DNA of 64,000 nucleotides, taken from contig JBHGNT010000001.1 of the NCBI GenBank assembly GCA_043228905.1, positions 1,488,001 to 1,552,000 on the forward strand. Reading direction: 5' to 3'. Source of the stretch: Azolla caroliniana. Lineage: Eukaryota > Plantae > Polypodiophyta. The translations under genes and the position numbers were made by a program. Shown here in pieces: positions 24,405 through 36,837 of this stretch. Numbering within the stretch: position 1 is the first letter of the stretch; every line of letters begins with the position of its first letter. The notes under the pieces were generated by a model. It was not told the DNA's origin, ran no database searches, and was given only the letters and a program-made list of their open reading frames with translations.

Positions 24405-27400
24405 TGTCGAGGTATTCCTCGCGGATGCGTGGAATGAGGCGGGACCTCGGGGATCTTGTACCGAAGAGCAATAGAGAAAGGAGAAGGGAAAGGGACCCAC
24501 TACGTGCGAGCGTAGATCCACAGGGACACGGCCCTTCGACACGAAGACGCGAGCGGGGAAACCAACACAGAGAGGCGCGAAGGTATGTATGTATATATTA
24601 ACAGAGATAGACAACAAGAAGCACGAAGTCGGTTACAACCGAACAGGCCGGCGAACAGATGTCGATGCCTGTTTGCAAACGCTCAGAAAGAAAGGAGTAG
24701 GTTGGAGGTGTTGCCGGAAGCACTCGGGCATTCCTCAGAGCAGCGCGAGCCTCCCGAAACCTGCACAGAAAGAAGCTACGGAGAGTATGGAAGAGAGAAA
24801 AGCCTTCGACTGACAACCCGACAGCACTTCATCCTCTCTGATTCCGCGATCCCTTCCTCCTCCTCGTCTCCCTCCTTTTATAGGCAAGAAAGGAGCCGTT
24901 CCCCATTAACTTCCTACCTACCGAATCTACCTACCTAGGATCTTCTATGTACCTAATTCTCTCTTATGTACAACACAAGACGTGCGTGCATGAAGAGCTG
25001 GTTCCTACGCTCCGGTGCACCGATTCCGCTTGTGCACGGTTTTCTTCACGACATCCGCCCCCACCTAACCGCGCATCCACCGGCATGCGCCAAATTGAGT
25101 TGGGACGGAGAAAACCAGTCCAGCCTTCATTCCCCGCCCGTCGGTTCTTCCTCGATTTCAGATCGTTCGTCGTCGCGGTCCAGGTTAACCGGATCTTACT
25201 CGTCGTCGTGACGCTTTTTGAACGCTTTGATCTGCTTCCCAGCTACCGGTATCGTCATTCTCGTGCCGTCGAGTTCCGCCAGATGGTACATCCCGTTGTC
25301 GTTGGCGCTTCGGACCACGTAAGGCCCGAACCACCTTCTTGCGAACTTCCGTGTCGCTCGGTGCTGGTTGTCGAGGCTGCTGTCGTAGACTAGCACCTAG
25401 TCGCCTTCCTCAATCTTCTTTGGTCGGAGCCGGTGTGTCCGGTCGAACCGGGCTTTGTTCCTCGTCCTTGCCACCCGAAGCTTTCCCGCAGCCTACTCCA
25501 CGTCCTCCGGTCTTCGCTCGAGCTGTCGTATGCGCGCCGCCAACAGTTCCTCCCGGCTCATCTCGTCTTTCCAGTCCACGGTTGCCCATGAGGAGATCGT
25601 ACGTTCCATCGGCATGATCGGCTTCTGCCCAAACATGAGCTCTGCCGGCATGAATCCAGTTACCGAACTGTGCGTAGTTCGGTCCGCCCACAACGCGTAA
25701 GGCAATAGCCGCAGCCAGTTCCCGACTTGTCCTCCGCATGCCCGAACTAACGCCTTGACGATCGGTCCGTGTCCGCGCTCCACCTTTCCATTCGCCTCCG
25801 GATTGTACGCAGTGGTAAGCGAGAGCTTCACTCCTAGCCGGTCGCACAGCTCCTCGGCCTCTTCGGCATCCAACTCCCCGCGATCAGCCACGATCTTCCC
25901 GACGCACCCGTACCGGCATATCACATCCTCGATCAGGAACCGACATACGACCGCGGTCGTTTTGTTCTGAAGGGCTCGGCCTTCCTCCTGGTTCGTCAGA
26001 TCTTCCCAAGCCAGGACCAGATACCGCATCTGTCCTACTCCCATCGGCATCGTCACCAGGTCTACCATCCATTTGAAGTGGATGGTCGGAGGGTACGTAG
26101 GGTGAAGCTCGTCCCGATGTCGGACTATGGAGTGCATCTGACAACTCTCGCAAGTTGTCACGAACCGATGCACGTCCTGGTACAGTCCCGGCCACCAGTA
26201 CTTCCCCTTTATCTTCTCGAACGTGGCCCACGTTCCACGGTGTCCAGCCCAAGGGCTGTCGTGGTAGGCCGTCAGCAGCTCCTCCTGTTCTTCCTTCATC
26301 GCCACCACCCGGAGCGGGACGTCGTTCCTCTTCTTCGGGTGCTTCCATAAGTATCCGTCCCGGAGAAAGAATCGGTATGCTTTCTTCCGGATCCGGTTGG
26401 CCTCGTCCCTCGTCCATGACGCATCCGGCGTCATTGTCCTCAAAAACCCACCGATCTGTAGCCACTCGCCAGCGTACTTGCTCTCGTCGACGTCGTTAAG
26501 TGTCAGAGTGCTCGTCCCATCGGTCGTCACGTACGCTGCTCCGAAGAAGTCCACGCCGACTTCATCGTCCTCCGAAACCATGCCGCCCTCGTCATCAAAC
26601 CTCGCCCTCGAAAGCATGTCGGCCATGGCGTTGTCTTTTCCGGAAATGTGTCGTATTTCCGGGTCCAGGGACTTCACGTACGCTATCCTCCTGAGCATCG
26701 GCAGGTTCGGTGTCGCGCATCCGGAAACCATGCCGAGAATTGGCAGGCAATCCGTCTCGATAATTACTTCTGTCCCGATCAGGTAGTCTTTGTCGGCTTT
26801 TACTGCCGAAACGATACCCTAGAGTTCGAGTTTAACATGGGCGTACCCTCGTTGTCGCCCACTGAGGACCTTTGCGCCGAATCGGATCGGGAACCGAATG
26901 CCGTCCTCGTTTTCTTGGTTGACGACCCATCCGATCCCGATCGGACTCGTATCCACCGTTATGTATACCGGGGTACCCTTCTCGTAGACAGCCTTCCGGA
27001 GCGCCGGTGCTGCCGCAAGAGCTTCCTTCAGCTTCCGGACCAACTCTGTGTGCTCGTCTCGCCACTCGAATTTTCGCCCCTTTCTCAGCAACCCGTATAG
27101 CGGCTCCGCAACGTGGGCGTAATGCGGGATCCATATGTGGTAGAATGCGCATGCCCCCAGGAACCTCCGAACTTCCGTAACCGAGCTACAGTCGGTCTTC
27201 ATCGCGGAGATGGCTTCTACCTTTGCCAGAGACGGCTTCCGGCCATATGGTCCACATAGGTGTCTGACCACCAGGATTTCTGATTGCCCGAAGGCCGATT
27301 TCTCCCCGGAGAAGGTGAGCCTCGCACCCTCTAGCCTTTGTAGCACCCTCTCGTAGTCGTCGATGTGTGTTGCCACGAATCGCCGGCATCCGTCCGACCC

Positions 27401-30400
27401 GAGTGTCTCGTCCTTCTCTTCCACTGGGCACCCCTTGATCGGGATATCGTCCAGAAACGGCATGGTGATGTCCGGGATGCAATCCCTCAGTACTTTGTTC
27501 ATTGCATTCACCATGTGGGCCACCGAGTTGGTCCCTCCTTGTGGCAGGGTACACATTCGCACTAGGACGAGGGGAGTTCGCATCGTCATAATGTCTCTGC
27601 TCTCCATGGCTAGCGGAACTTGTCGTACCCCGAGTACAGATCTCCGACCGAATAAATCGACCTTCCGGCGAAGGCCTCCGCGAACTCGTCTATTGTCGGT
27701 CCGATTCCTGCGTTCCAAATGGTCACTCTGTTGACCGGCTGCAGGTCTTGAATGAAGCGCAATGTTCCGTTTTTCTTTGGTACGGTAAACCATCGGTTCG
27801 AGTATGGGGCATTCGACGGTTCGAGAATGCCCATATCGACTTTCTGCCTCAATAGCTCCATCAACTTCGGGATGTGAGCTCTCGGTACTGGAATCGGCTT
27901 GAGATTCCACGGCACATGCGGTACCGTGAATATCACCATCGGCTCCACGATTGTCGGGTCTACGCACCCGATCTCTTCCGGTGAGAATGCGAAGGCTTTC
28001 CTGTGCCTTCCGAGCATTCTCCGAAACCGGTCTTCCTCCGCCGGCAATAGGAACCCGCCCCCACCGATTTTGAGCTCCCGGAGCGTCCCGTCGGTGAAGG
28101 CGTGTCCTATGCAGACCGGATCTCGCAAACTAGGGTCTGACGCAACCCCTCTGATCCGGGACTCGCTGCCCTCCGGTAAGGGTGCCACGACTGGCCTTAC
28201 CTTCCGGTCCATAGTCTTGTACTTCGTGCTAACCCGGGCCGTTCGATCCGGCTCGAGCCCTTGACTGAAGTTCGCGATGACTTCGTACATCTCTTCGGAA
28301 CATACCGGTATCGTCCGGTCTTCGTTAAGGTCTTCTCCGGCTACCTTCCTCAGCATCCCCAAGGTGTCGTCGAAGGAGACCGCCTCCACGGCTTCGCTGA
28401 TTTCCTCGTCCAGGCCGAGAACTCTGCACGCTCGAAGTCGCTCCTCCGCCCTTCCCTTTTCTCGGCTAACGATGCCGACTATCATACACCCTCCGTTGTT
28501 GGAGAAGCAAAATTTTTTACTTATCGTACAGGGTTTCTTCGGTTTCGGTTCTATCGTACAACGGTGGGGTCTTTCCCGAGTGTCAGGACTGTCTCGGCCC
28601 CACGCCTTGGCAGCCCTCTCTAAAAATCCTCCCGGTTCTCGCCACCGAGGGATTCGCGGTTTCACTCGTGGTTTGGTCGCACCGTCAGAAATTGGACCGA
28701 ATGGCGCCCGTCCTGGCTTTTGACCCTCGCGTAGGCCGAACCGTTGTCCAGCACCTTGGTCTCCATCCGCACCGCCGTGATGTATGGTTCCCCTAATATG
28801 ACTGGGTGCAAGGACGTCTCCTGTACGAAGAAGTATTGGTCAATCTCGACGTCGCCGATCTTGACTCGCACGTTCAGGCAAGCCCCATGCAGTTCCTCGG
28901 TGGCGCGCGTCGCCGCCCGTATCTTCCACCCGTGCTTGGTGTTGATCGGCCACTTTCCCTTCTTATAGAAGTCCATGGACATCAGGTTTATTTCCGAACC
29001 GTGGTCCACCAGTGCCACCACCGGTTCCTGAACATCTCCGATCTTTACCGGGGTCTCCGTGGTCGCTCAGGCCCAGTGCGGCCTTGAATAGTGGCTCTCC
29101 GCCCACTCATCTTCCAGCGCCATGTCGTCGATGTGCGTCGTCCGCACCGCCACCGGTCTTTCCGGTTCCGTCTCTGTCGACAGCCTCTTCCGTTTCACCA
29201 GGTCCACAATGGAGTCGTGGAACTCCTTCTTGGCGATCCTTAGCACCTCCCGCAATGACAGCTCCACCTTGCTGTCGAGGATCCGTTCTTCTAGGACCTT
29301 TCGTAGGTCCGCGGTCCTTTCTATTTCCGTCCCCAGTCGGTATCCGCCCTTCCTGGGGTTATCTTGCGCGCTGGACCCACCGGCATCGTTCCATCGTTGC
29401 CCGAATCGGGTCTCGTATCGTTGTGAGGGCCCGGCCGCTCCGGTTGTCCCTACTCGTTTGTCTTCTACCAGAGCCTCGTAGTTCCGACAGGTGGCTTCTA
29501 CGAAGCTCGTCTTCTCCTCGACCGGGTCGCTCCACCCGGTTATTTCCCGGACCCGTCTCTCAGCGCGGTCCGCTTCATCTTTCCTCAGTCGTGCGCCGGT
29601 GAGGCCTTCCAGCATTGCCAACCAAAATCCTTCTTTGCTCTCCTTTCGGGCCTCGTTGCCCCCGACCCGAATATCGACCGACGCCGAGTAGTGGATGGCC
29701 TCCACGTGTCGGGCCGCTGCCTCTTCCATCAGTCTCTTCATACCTCCTCGCCCGTCGTTTCGGTTTAGGGCCCTTCTGGTATCGCCGGCATGCACCCGGC
29801 CTTCCCACAGGTATACCACCCGGTTCCTCAACGCCTCTGCGAAATCGCCGCAGTCCTTCCGAATGTGGCTGACCTCGTCGCACCACATGCACCTGTTCCC
29901 TGCTGCCAGTCGTCGGTCACGAGCCGGTTCGCCGCCTTCCCTTCGAGTCTGGGCGATCTGGAGATCCTTTATCACCCGCGTCAACTCCTCCAGCGCTGCT
30001 CCTCCGGACGAGTCATTGACCATGCCGGTCGAAGCCGAACCGGTTTCGAGCCACTCCCGGGTCTTTGCCCTACGCCCTTGCGGTGCCGGTTCAAGCCTCC
30101 TTGCTGTGACAAAGCCCGCACCGGCTGCCCTGTTGTCAGCCCATTCTCGCCATTTGTCGAAACGGCCACAGACTCTCTTAACCGCAGCCCAGTCCGTCGT
30201 CAGTCCGTCTTCGGTTTCCAGCAAGGAGCCGACTTGATCCCGGTCCCGCTCGTCCACCGACTTGACGAACAGTAGGACCCGGCTTGTATCCAGAACGGTT
30301 CGGTCAAGCGCCGAAAGGCGCGCAAAGCGTTCCTCAAACTCCCGGAGGAGTGCCAACGCGTTTCTTCCCTTGCCGGGGGACTCCACCCATCCCATGAAAT

Positions 30401-31437
30401 CCCGTTTCGAAAGCCGGAGCGCGTTCTCCAGCCCGTATTTTTCTAGGAGTCGGCCTTCGAACTCCTCCCAGGTACGGCTCTCCGCCCGTACCTCGAGCAC
30501 CTCCGCATGGATGCTCGGCATTGCCACTCGAGGGAACCCGGCAAGACGCCTCTCTTCCGGAATGTCCCGCATCAGAATTTCTGCTCCCTAGGACGCCAAA
30601 TACTTTGTAGCATCCTTTCCGCTGAAACGACCGATCGTACCGACGACCACCTCAATGGCTCTGTCGAGGGCGTCGGTGCCCTCGCGTGCGCTTAATATCT
30701 GATCCACTGCCGAAGCCATGGCCTCCGTAAGATCCGACCCCTTCATCTTCTGCTCTTCTGCCGCCTCCTTCACGTCGGGTTCACCAAATGTCGAGGTATT
30801 CCTCGCGGATGCGTGGAATGAGGCGGGACCTCGGGGGTCTTGTACCGAAGAGCAATAGAGAAAGGAGAAGGGAAAGGGACCCACTACGTGCGAGCGTAGA
30901 TCCACAGGGACACGGCCCTTCGACACGAAGACGCGAGCGGGGAAACCAACACAGAGAGGCGCGAAGGTATGTATGTATATATTAACAGAGACAGACAACA
31001 AGAAGCACGAAGTCGGTTACAACCGAACAGGCCGGCGAACAGATGCCGATGCCTGTTCGCAAACGCTCAGAAAGAAAGGAGTAGGTTGGAGGTGCTGCCG
31101 GAAGCACTCGGGCATTCCTCAGAGCAGCACGAGCCTCCCGAAACCTGCACAGAAAGAAGCTACGGAGAGTATGGAAGAGAGAGAAGCCTTCGACCGACAA
31201 CCCGACAGCACTTCGTCCTCTCTGATTCCGCGATCCCTTCCTCCTCCCCGTCTCCCTCCTTTTATAGGCAAGAAAGGAGTCGTTCCCCATTAACTTCCTA
31301 CCTACCGAATCTACCTACCTAGGATCTTCTATGTACTTAATTCTCTCTTATGTACAACACAAGACGTGCGTGCATGAAGAGCCGGTTCCTACGCTCCGGT
31401 GCACCGATTCCGCTTGTGGACGGTTTTCTTCACGACA
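24405..31437 (-). mobile_element. Full-length but mutated Ty3/gypsy element D; LTRs 24405-25053 and 30789-31437 (649 bp each)
   Basis: TGTCGAGG...TTCACGACA LTRs with ~15 differences by eye; 4-bp TSD ACAT/ACGT; gag with CMWCDEVSHIRKDC, protease LVDHGSEIN, RT FLDDIPIKG, RNase H and integrase, with stops and frameshifts. Confidence 0.95.
30769..30786 (-). other. Primer-binding site complementary to the 3' end of tRNA-Trp
   Basis: + strand TTCACGTCGGGTTCACCA matches the 3' 18 nt of plant cytosolic tRNA-Trp(CCA) as I recall it; 2 nt from the 5' LTR. Confidence 0.8.
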
Positions 31438-33927
31438 ACGTGAGCCGCCTCGAAGAAGTCCATGCCGAGTTCCTCGTCCTCCGAAACCATGCCGCCCTCG
31501 TTTTCGAACCTCACCCTTGAAAGCATGTCAGCCATGGCATTGTCTTTCCCGGAAATGTGTTGTATTTCCGGATTCAGGGATTTGATGTACGCTATCCACT
31601 TGAGCATTGCCAGGTCCGGCGTCGCGCATCCGGAAACCATGCCAAGAATTGGCAGGCAGTCTGTCTCGATAATTACCTCTGTCCCGATCAGGTAGTCTTT
31701 ATCGGCCTTTACCGCCGAAACGATATCCCAGAGCTCGCATTTAACCTGGGCGTATCCTCGTTGTCGCTCGCTGAGGACCTTCGCGCCGAACCGGATCGGG
31801 AAACGCATGCCGTCCTCGTCCTCTTGGTTGACGACCCATTCGATCCCGGTCGGACTCGTGTCTATCGTTACGTAAATTGGAGTGTCCTTTCCGTAGACAG
31901 CCTTTCGGAGCGCTGGAGCTGCGGCAAGTGCTTCCTTCATCTTTCGGTTAGACTCCGTATGCTCGTCTCTCCACTCGAATTTTCGCCCCTTTTTCAGCAA
32001 CCCGTATAACGGCTCCGTGACTGAGCTACAGTCGTGCTTCATCGCGGAGATGGCTTCTACCTTAGCCGAAGACGGTTTCCGGCCGTACAACCCGCATAGG
32101 TGTCCGACGACCATGATCTCTGATTGCCTGAAGGCCGATTTTCCCCCGGAGAAGGTGAGCCTCGCGCCCTCCAACCTCTGCAGCACCTTCTCGCAGTCAT
32201 TGATGTGCGTCGCCACGAATTTCCGGCACCCATCCGGTCCGATTGTCTCGTCCTTTTCCTCCACCGGGCATCCCTTGATCGGGACGTCGTCTAGAAACGG
32301 CATGGTGATGTCCGGGATACAATCCCTCAACACCTTGTTCATTGCGTTCACCATGTGAGCCACCGAGTTTGTCCCTCCTTGCGGTAGGGTACACATCCGT
32401 ACTAGGCCGAGAGGAGTTTGCATTGTCGTGATGTCTCTGCTCTCTATGGCTAGCTAGAACTGATCGTACCCCAAGTAGAGATCACCGACCGAGTAAATCG
32501 ACCTTCCGGCGAAGGCCTCCGCGAACTCGTCTATTGTCGGTCTGATTCCTGTGTTTCGAATGGTCACCTTGTTGACCGGTTGCAGGTCTTGAATAAAGCG
32601 CAGCGTGCCGTCCTTCTTCGGCACGGTAAACCACCGATTCGAGTATGGGGCACTCGACGGTTCGAGGATGCCCATTTCGACCTTCTGATTTAACAGCTCC
32701 ATCAGCTTCGGGATGTGAGCTCTAGGTATTGGATTCAGTTTGAGACTCCACGGCACATGCGGTACCGTGAATATCACCATCCACGTCTGTCGGGTCTACG
32801 CACCCGATCTCCTCCGGTGAGAATGCGAAAGCCTTCCCGTGCCTTCCGAGCATTCCCCGAAAACGGTCCTCTTCCACCAGCAGTAGGAAGCCGCCCCCAC
32901 CGATTTTGAGCTCACGTAGCGTTATGTCGGTGAACGTGTGTCCTATGCGGGCCGGATTTCGTAAACTCAGGTCCGACGCTGCCCTTCGGCAAGGGAGCCG
33001 CGATTGGCCTCACCTTCCGGTCCACAGTCTTATACCTCGTGTCCACCCGGGCCGTCCGATCCGACTCGAGCCCTCTATTGAAGTCCGCGATGACTTCGTA
33101 CATCCTTTCCGAACATACTGGAATCGTTCGGTCCTCTTTAAGGACTCCTCCGACTACCTCTCGTAGCTCCCCCAAGGTATCGTCGAAAGAGACCGCCTCC
33201 ACGGCTCCGTTGATTTCCTCTCCAGGGCCGAGGATACCACATGCCCGAAGTCGCTCCTCCGCCCTTTTCTTCTTCCGGCCAACAACGTCGACTATCGTAC
33301 ACCCTCCGTTGACGCCCATCCTGGCTCTTGACCCTTGCATAGGCTGAGCCGTTGTCCAGCACCTTGGTCTCCATCCGTGTTGCCGTGATGTACGGTTCTC
33401 CTAGTATAACCGGATGTGATGACGTCTCCTGCATGAAGAAGTGTTGGTCAATCTCGACATCGCCGATCTTTACTTGTACATTCGGGCAGCCTCCATGCAG
33501 TTCTTCGGTGGCACGCGTCGCTGCCCGTATTTTCCACCCGTGCTTGGTGTTGATCGGCCATTTCCCCTTCTTGTAGAAGTCCATGGACATCAAATTGATT
33601 TCTGAACCGTGGTCCACCAACGCCACCACTAGCTCATGAACATCTCCGATCTTCACGGGGGTCTCCGTGGTTGCTCTGGCCCAGTGCGGCCTCGAATAGT
33701 GGCTCTCCGCCAACTCGTCTTCCAGCACCATGTCCTCTATGTGCGTCGTCCGCACCTCCACCGGCTTCTCCGGTTTTATCTCCGTCGATAGCCTCTTCCT
33801 CTTCACCAAGTCTACGATGGAGTCGTGGAACTCTTTCTTGGCGATCCCGAGCACTTCCCTCAGCGACAGTTCCACCTTGCTGTCGAGGATTCGTTCTTCC
33901 CGGACCTTTCGCAGGATCTTCACGACA

Positions 33928-34900
33928 ACGTGGACGACATGTTGATCGTCGGGACCAAGCCAAAATACGGATGCTCAAGAAGGCCCTCAACCGGACCTTC
34001 TCAATGAAAGACTTGGGTCCGGTAAGACAGATGTTGGGGATGCATATCATCCGGAACCGGTCAATAAAGCAATTGTGGCTGTCACAGGAGAAGTACGTGA
34101 CAAAGGTGCTTCAGCGGTTCAACATGTTGGAAGCGAAACCGGTTGGATCGACACTCCCGGCAAACTACAGATTATCTGGTAAGCAAAGCCCGAAGACGAA
34201 AGCAGAGAAGGCTGATATGATGAAGGTTCCATATGCCTCTGCCGTCGGGAGCTTAATGTACGCAATGGTGTGTACCCGACCGGATATAGGATACGCAGTC
34301 GGAGTGGTGAGCCGGTTTATGAGCAATCCCGGCAAGGAGCACTGGAACGCGGTCAAATGGATACTCCGGTACTTGAAGGGCACTTCAAATATGTGTCTCC
34401 GATTCGGCTCCAGAAAACCTCAACTTGACGGTTTTACCGATTCGGACATGTCGGCTGATGTGGATACCAGCCGGTCTACATCCGGGTATGTAATGACATA
34501 TGCAAGGGGAGCTGTTTCGAGGCAGTCAAGGCTGCAAAAGACTGTTGCGTTGTCAACCACGGAAGCGGAGTACATGGCGGTTGTGGAAGCTGGCAAGGAA
34601 ATATTATGGATGAAGGACTTCATCGGAGAGCTCGGTATCCGGCAAGATGAATATCGGCTCTACTGCGACAGTCAAAGTGTCATCCACCTTGCTAAGAATG
34701 TGGCCTACCATTCCCGGATGAAGCATATCCCGCGTAGGTATCACTGGATCCGGGAAAGAGTAGATGACCAGGAGCTCGCGCTGACGAAGATCCACACGAC
34801 CGAGAACGGGTCAGATATGGCTGACCAAAGTACTGACACCTAACAAGCTGGATGCATGTCAGAAGCGGGTCGGACTAGTAAGACATCCCATGCCGGAGTG
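33928..34900 (+). pseudogene. Copia A reverse transcriptase C-terminal half and RNase H
   Basis: (Y)VDDMLIVG, FSMKDLG, YASAVGSLMYAMVCTRPDI, STTEAEYMA, YCDSQS; frameshifts near both ends. Confidence 0.92.
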
Positions 34901-35855
34901 AAGGGGGAGTTTGTTAGGAAACAGGTCCCTCCGGATGGGAAGTGAGAAGACCCGATGAGAACCTGATGAGGAGTACCCGGCAATAGAAGACCCGGTGAGA
35001 ACCGGATGAGGAGTACCCGGAAACGGAAGACCCGGTGAGAACTGGATGATGAGTGCCCGGAAAGAGCCGGATGATGTAGGCCCGGTGAGGAGTGCTCACC
35101 GGATGAGGGACATATTCGTAAATATGTTTTTGAGAGTCCATCGAGGCTATATTTGTAAATAGCCGAAAAGTCATTTTAGTATAAATATAACTTAGGGCAA
35201 ACTTAGTGTACAGGTTGTCGTTGTCGTTGTCGCGATTGTGAGAGAGCAACCGTGTACAGAGAGAGAGAGTGTGTGTGAGCTCGAGATATAGAGAGGTCGT
35301 TGCCTCTGTTGTAACCGCTGCCTGTGGCGAAGATCGTGCGCACGAGGTCATTGCCTCCATGAGCTCACTGTTGTAATCATTGTGATATAGTGATAGTTTG
35401 GAGTCTGTGGACTCCCGTGGTTTTTCCCTCTCAGGGTTTTCCATGTTAATATCCTGTGTATTTTTTTCCTGTTTGTGCACTTACCTCCATTCTTCATTTC
35501 TTTTGTGTTCGACTGTACAAAGTGATTCACTCTTCGATTGTTGCCGGAGACTATTCCGCGTATTCCTCGACATGATGCACCTAACCAAATGAGATTACAT
35601 GTACGCCACTAGTTTGTCTTCTAATAGCCTATACACATAATCGTAATCATCTAGTCTTGCATAAAAAATACCTTTGATGTAGAATGTCCTAGTAGATACA
35701 ACATTTCCCCAAGCATCTAATATATTCTGCGTTGCACACTATTTACTAACCGTGCACTTCAATATATAGAAATCAACACCCTCTGAATTGCCTTCTTCTA
35801 CATTACAATGAAATTATCCCCAACATTTAAGACATCACTCAGAGTATCTCCACGT

Positions 35856-36837
35856 TGTCGTGCCTTTTGGCTCCGGATCGTTGCGTGAGTCGGGTGGGAA
35901 CCACTGAGGTTTTGGACTAAGAGAAAGAAGAATATGAGATAAGGCTAGTAATGAATAGGTAGAAAGAGAGGTAAGTTATGAATCTCGTGAATCCCACAAG
36001 TTTAGTGTATTTAATCAATATTTAGATAGTAAGAGACAATTTAGATGACAAATTCGTGAATCCCACAATATATTATATTGGTCAATCCTTACAAAATAAT
36101 CAACCCCCATATACATCTTTCTCTCCTCCTTATATAAGGATGGGAGAGACTAAGCATAGCTTTCTGCTTTTTCTAAAGTGTTCATGCATGCTAGATGTGC
36201 ACGAGTATTTTTTTATTGGTTTATATTTTTCTTGTAAATAAAGTATTCACGCACTCTAAAAATGCATGATTTACCTTTTAATAAAGGTAGGCATAAATAA
36301 AAGTGTTATATCTATTAAATCTATATTTATAACACTTATGATAAGTTAATATAATGGTAAAGTTTTGGTTTATTTACATGGAGGCACAAGGTTCGAATCT
36401 TGCCCTATGCATGTAATAAATATTTTAATATTTTCTTTTAGGGAAAAGTACCAGGATACCCCTGGAAGTTTGTCTATTTACCATAATGCCCCTGGAAATT
36501 CCAAATTTACCAAACTACCCCTATGTCCAAAAAATTACACTTTATAAAGTAATTATACACTCAAATCTACAAGCCTTATTTACCAAAGATGGAAGAAATG
36601 GACCCGAACAAGCCCTATTTACCAAAGATTTGAGTGTATAATTACTTTATAAAGTGTAATTTTTTGGACATAGGGGTAATTTGGTAAATTTGGAACTTTC
36701 AGGGGCATTTTGGTAAATAGATGAACTTCCAGGGGTATCTTGGTACTTTTCCCTTTCTTTTATTTATATATATGTGTACTTAAATCGGATACATTATTTT
36801 TACATTTTTCATGTAGTGTGCGGACTACATTACGACA
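35856..36837 (-). mobile_element. Solo LTR F of the same gypsy group, inserted in the transposase and itself carrying a MITE
   Basis: Termini TGTCGTG...TACGACA; ACGT at 35852-35855 and 36838-36841; ~660 bp without the MITE; left end resembles the B/D/E LTR ends; removing it restores the transposase frame. Confidence 0.85.
36441..36753. mobile_element. Mutator-type MITE (313 bp)
   Basis: ~128-bp TIRs (36441-36568 and 36626-36753) beginning GGGAAAAGTACCA; perfect 9-bp TSD TTTCTTTTA. Confidence 0.93.

Larger units (their letters stand above)
16912..33927 (-). mobile_element. Ty3/gypsy element B: 3' LTR 16912-17598, decayed pol, 5' end deleted except 11 bp of LTR terminus (33917-33927)
   Basis: LTR TGTCTCG...TTCACGACA with PPT at 17599-17610; integrase 17700-18783 and 24103-24404; RT/RNase H (FLDDVPIKG) 31442-32780; protease (LVDHGSEIN) ~33350-33640; ACGT on both outer flanks. 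Confidence 0.9.
15642..35572 (+). mobile_element. Ty1/copia element A (Tnt1/Tork-like), internally deleted; LTRs 15642-16409 and 34912-35572
   Basis: TG...CA LTRs; TSD TAATG/TGATG; iMet PBS TGGTATCAGAGC 16413-16424; PPT TGAAGGGGGAG before 34912; gag 16440-16911; RT C-terminal half and RNase H 33928-34900. Confidence 0.95.

Noticed and set aside
19600-33900. Numerous + strand ORFs overlapping the retroelements
   Set aside because: Antisense shadows of GC-rich gag-pol sequence with no independent domains.
33671-34843. 390-aa ORF as a novel RT fusion
   Set aside because: The N-terminus is antisense gypsy sequence read into the copia RT/RNase H across a deletion junction.
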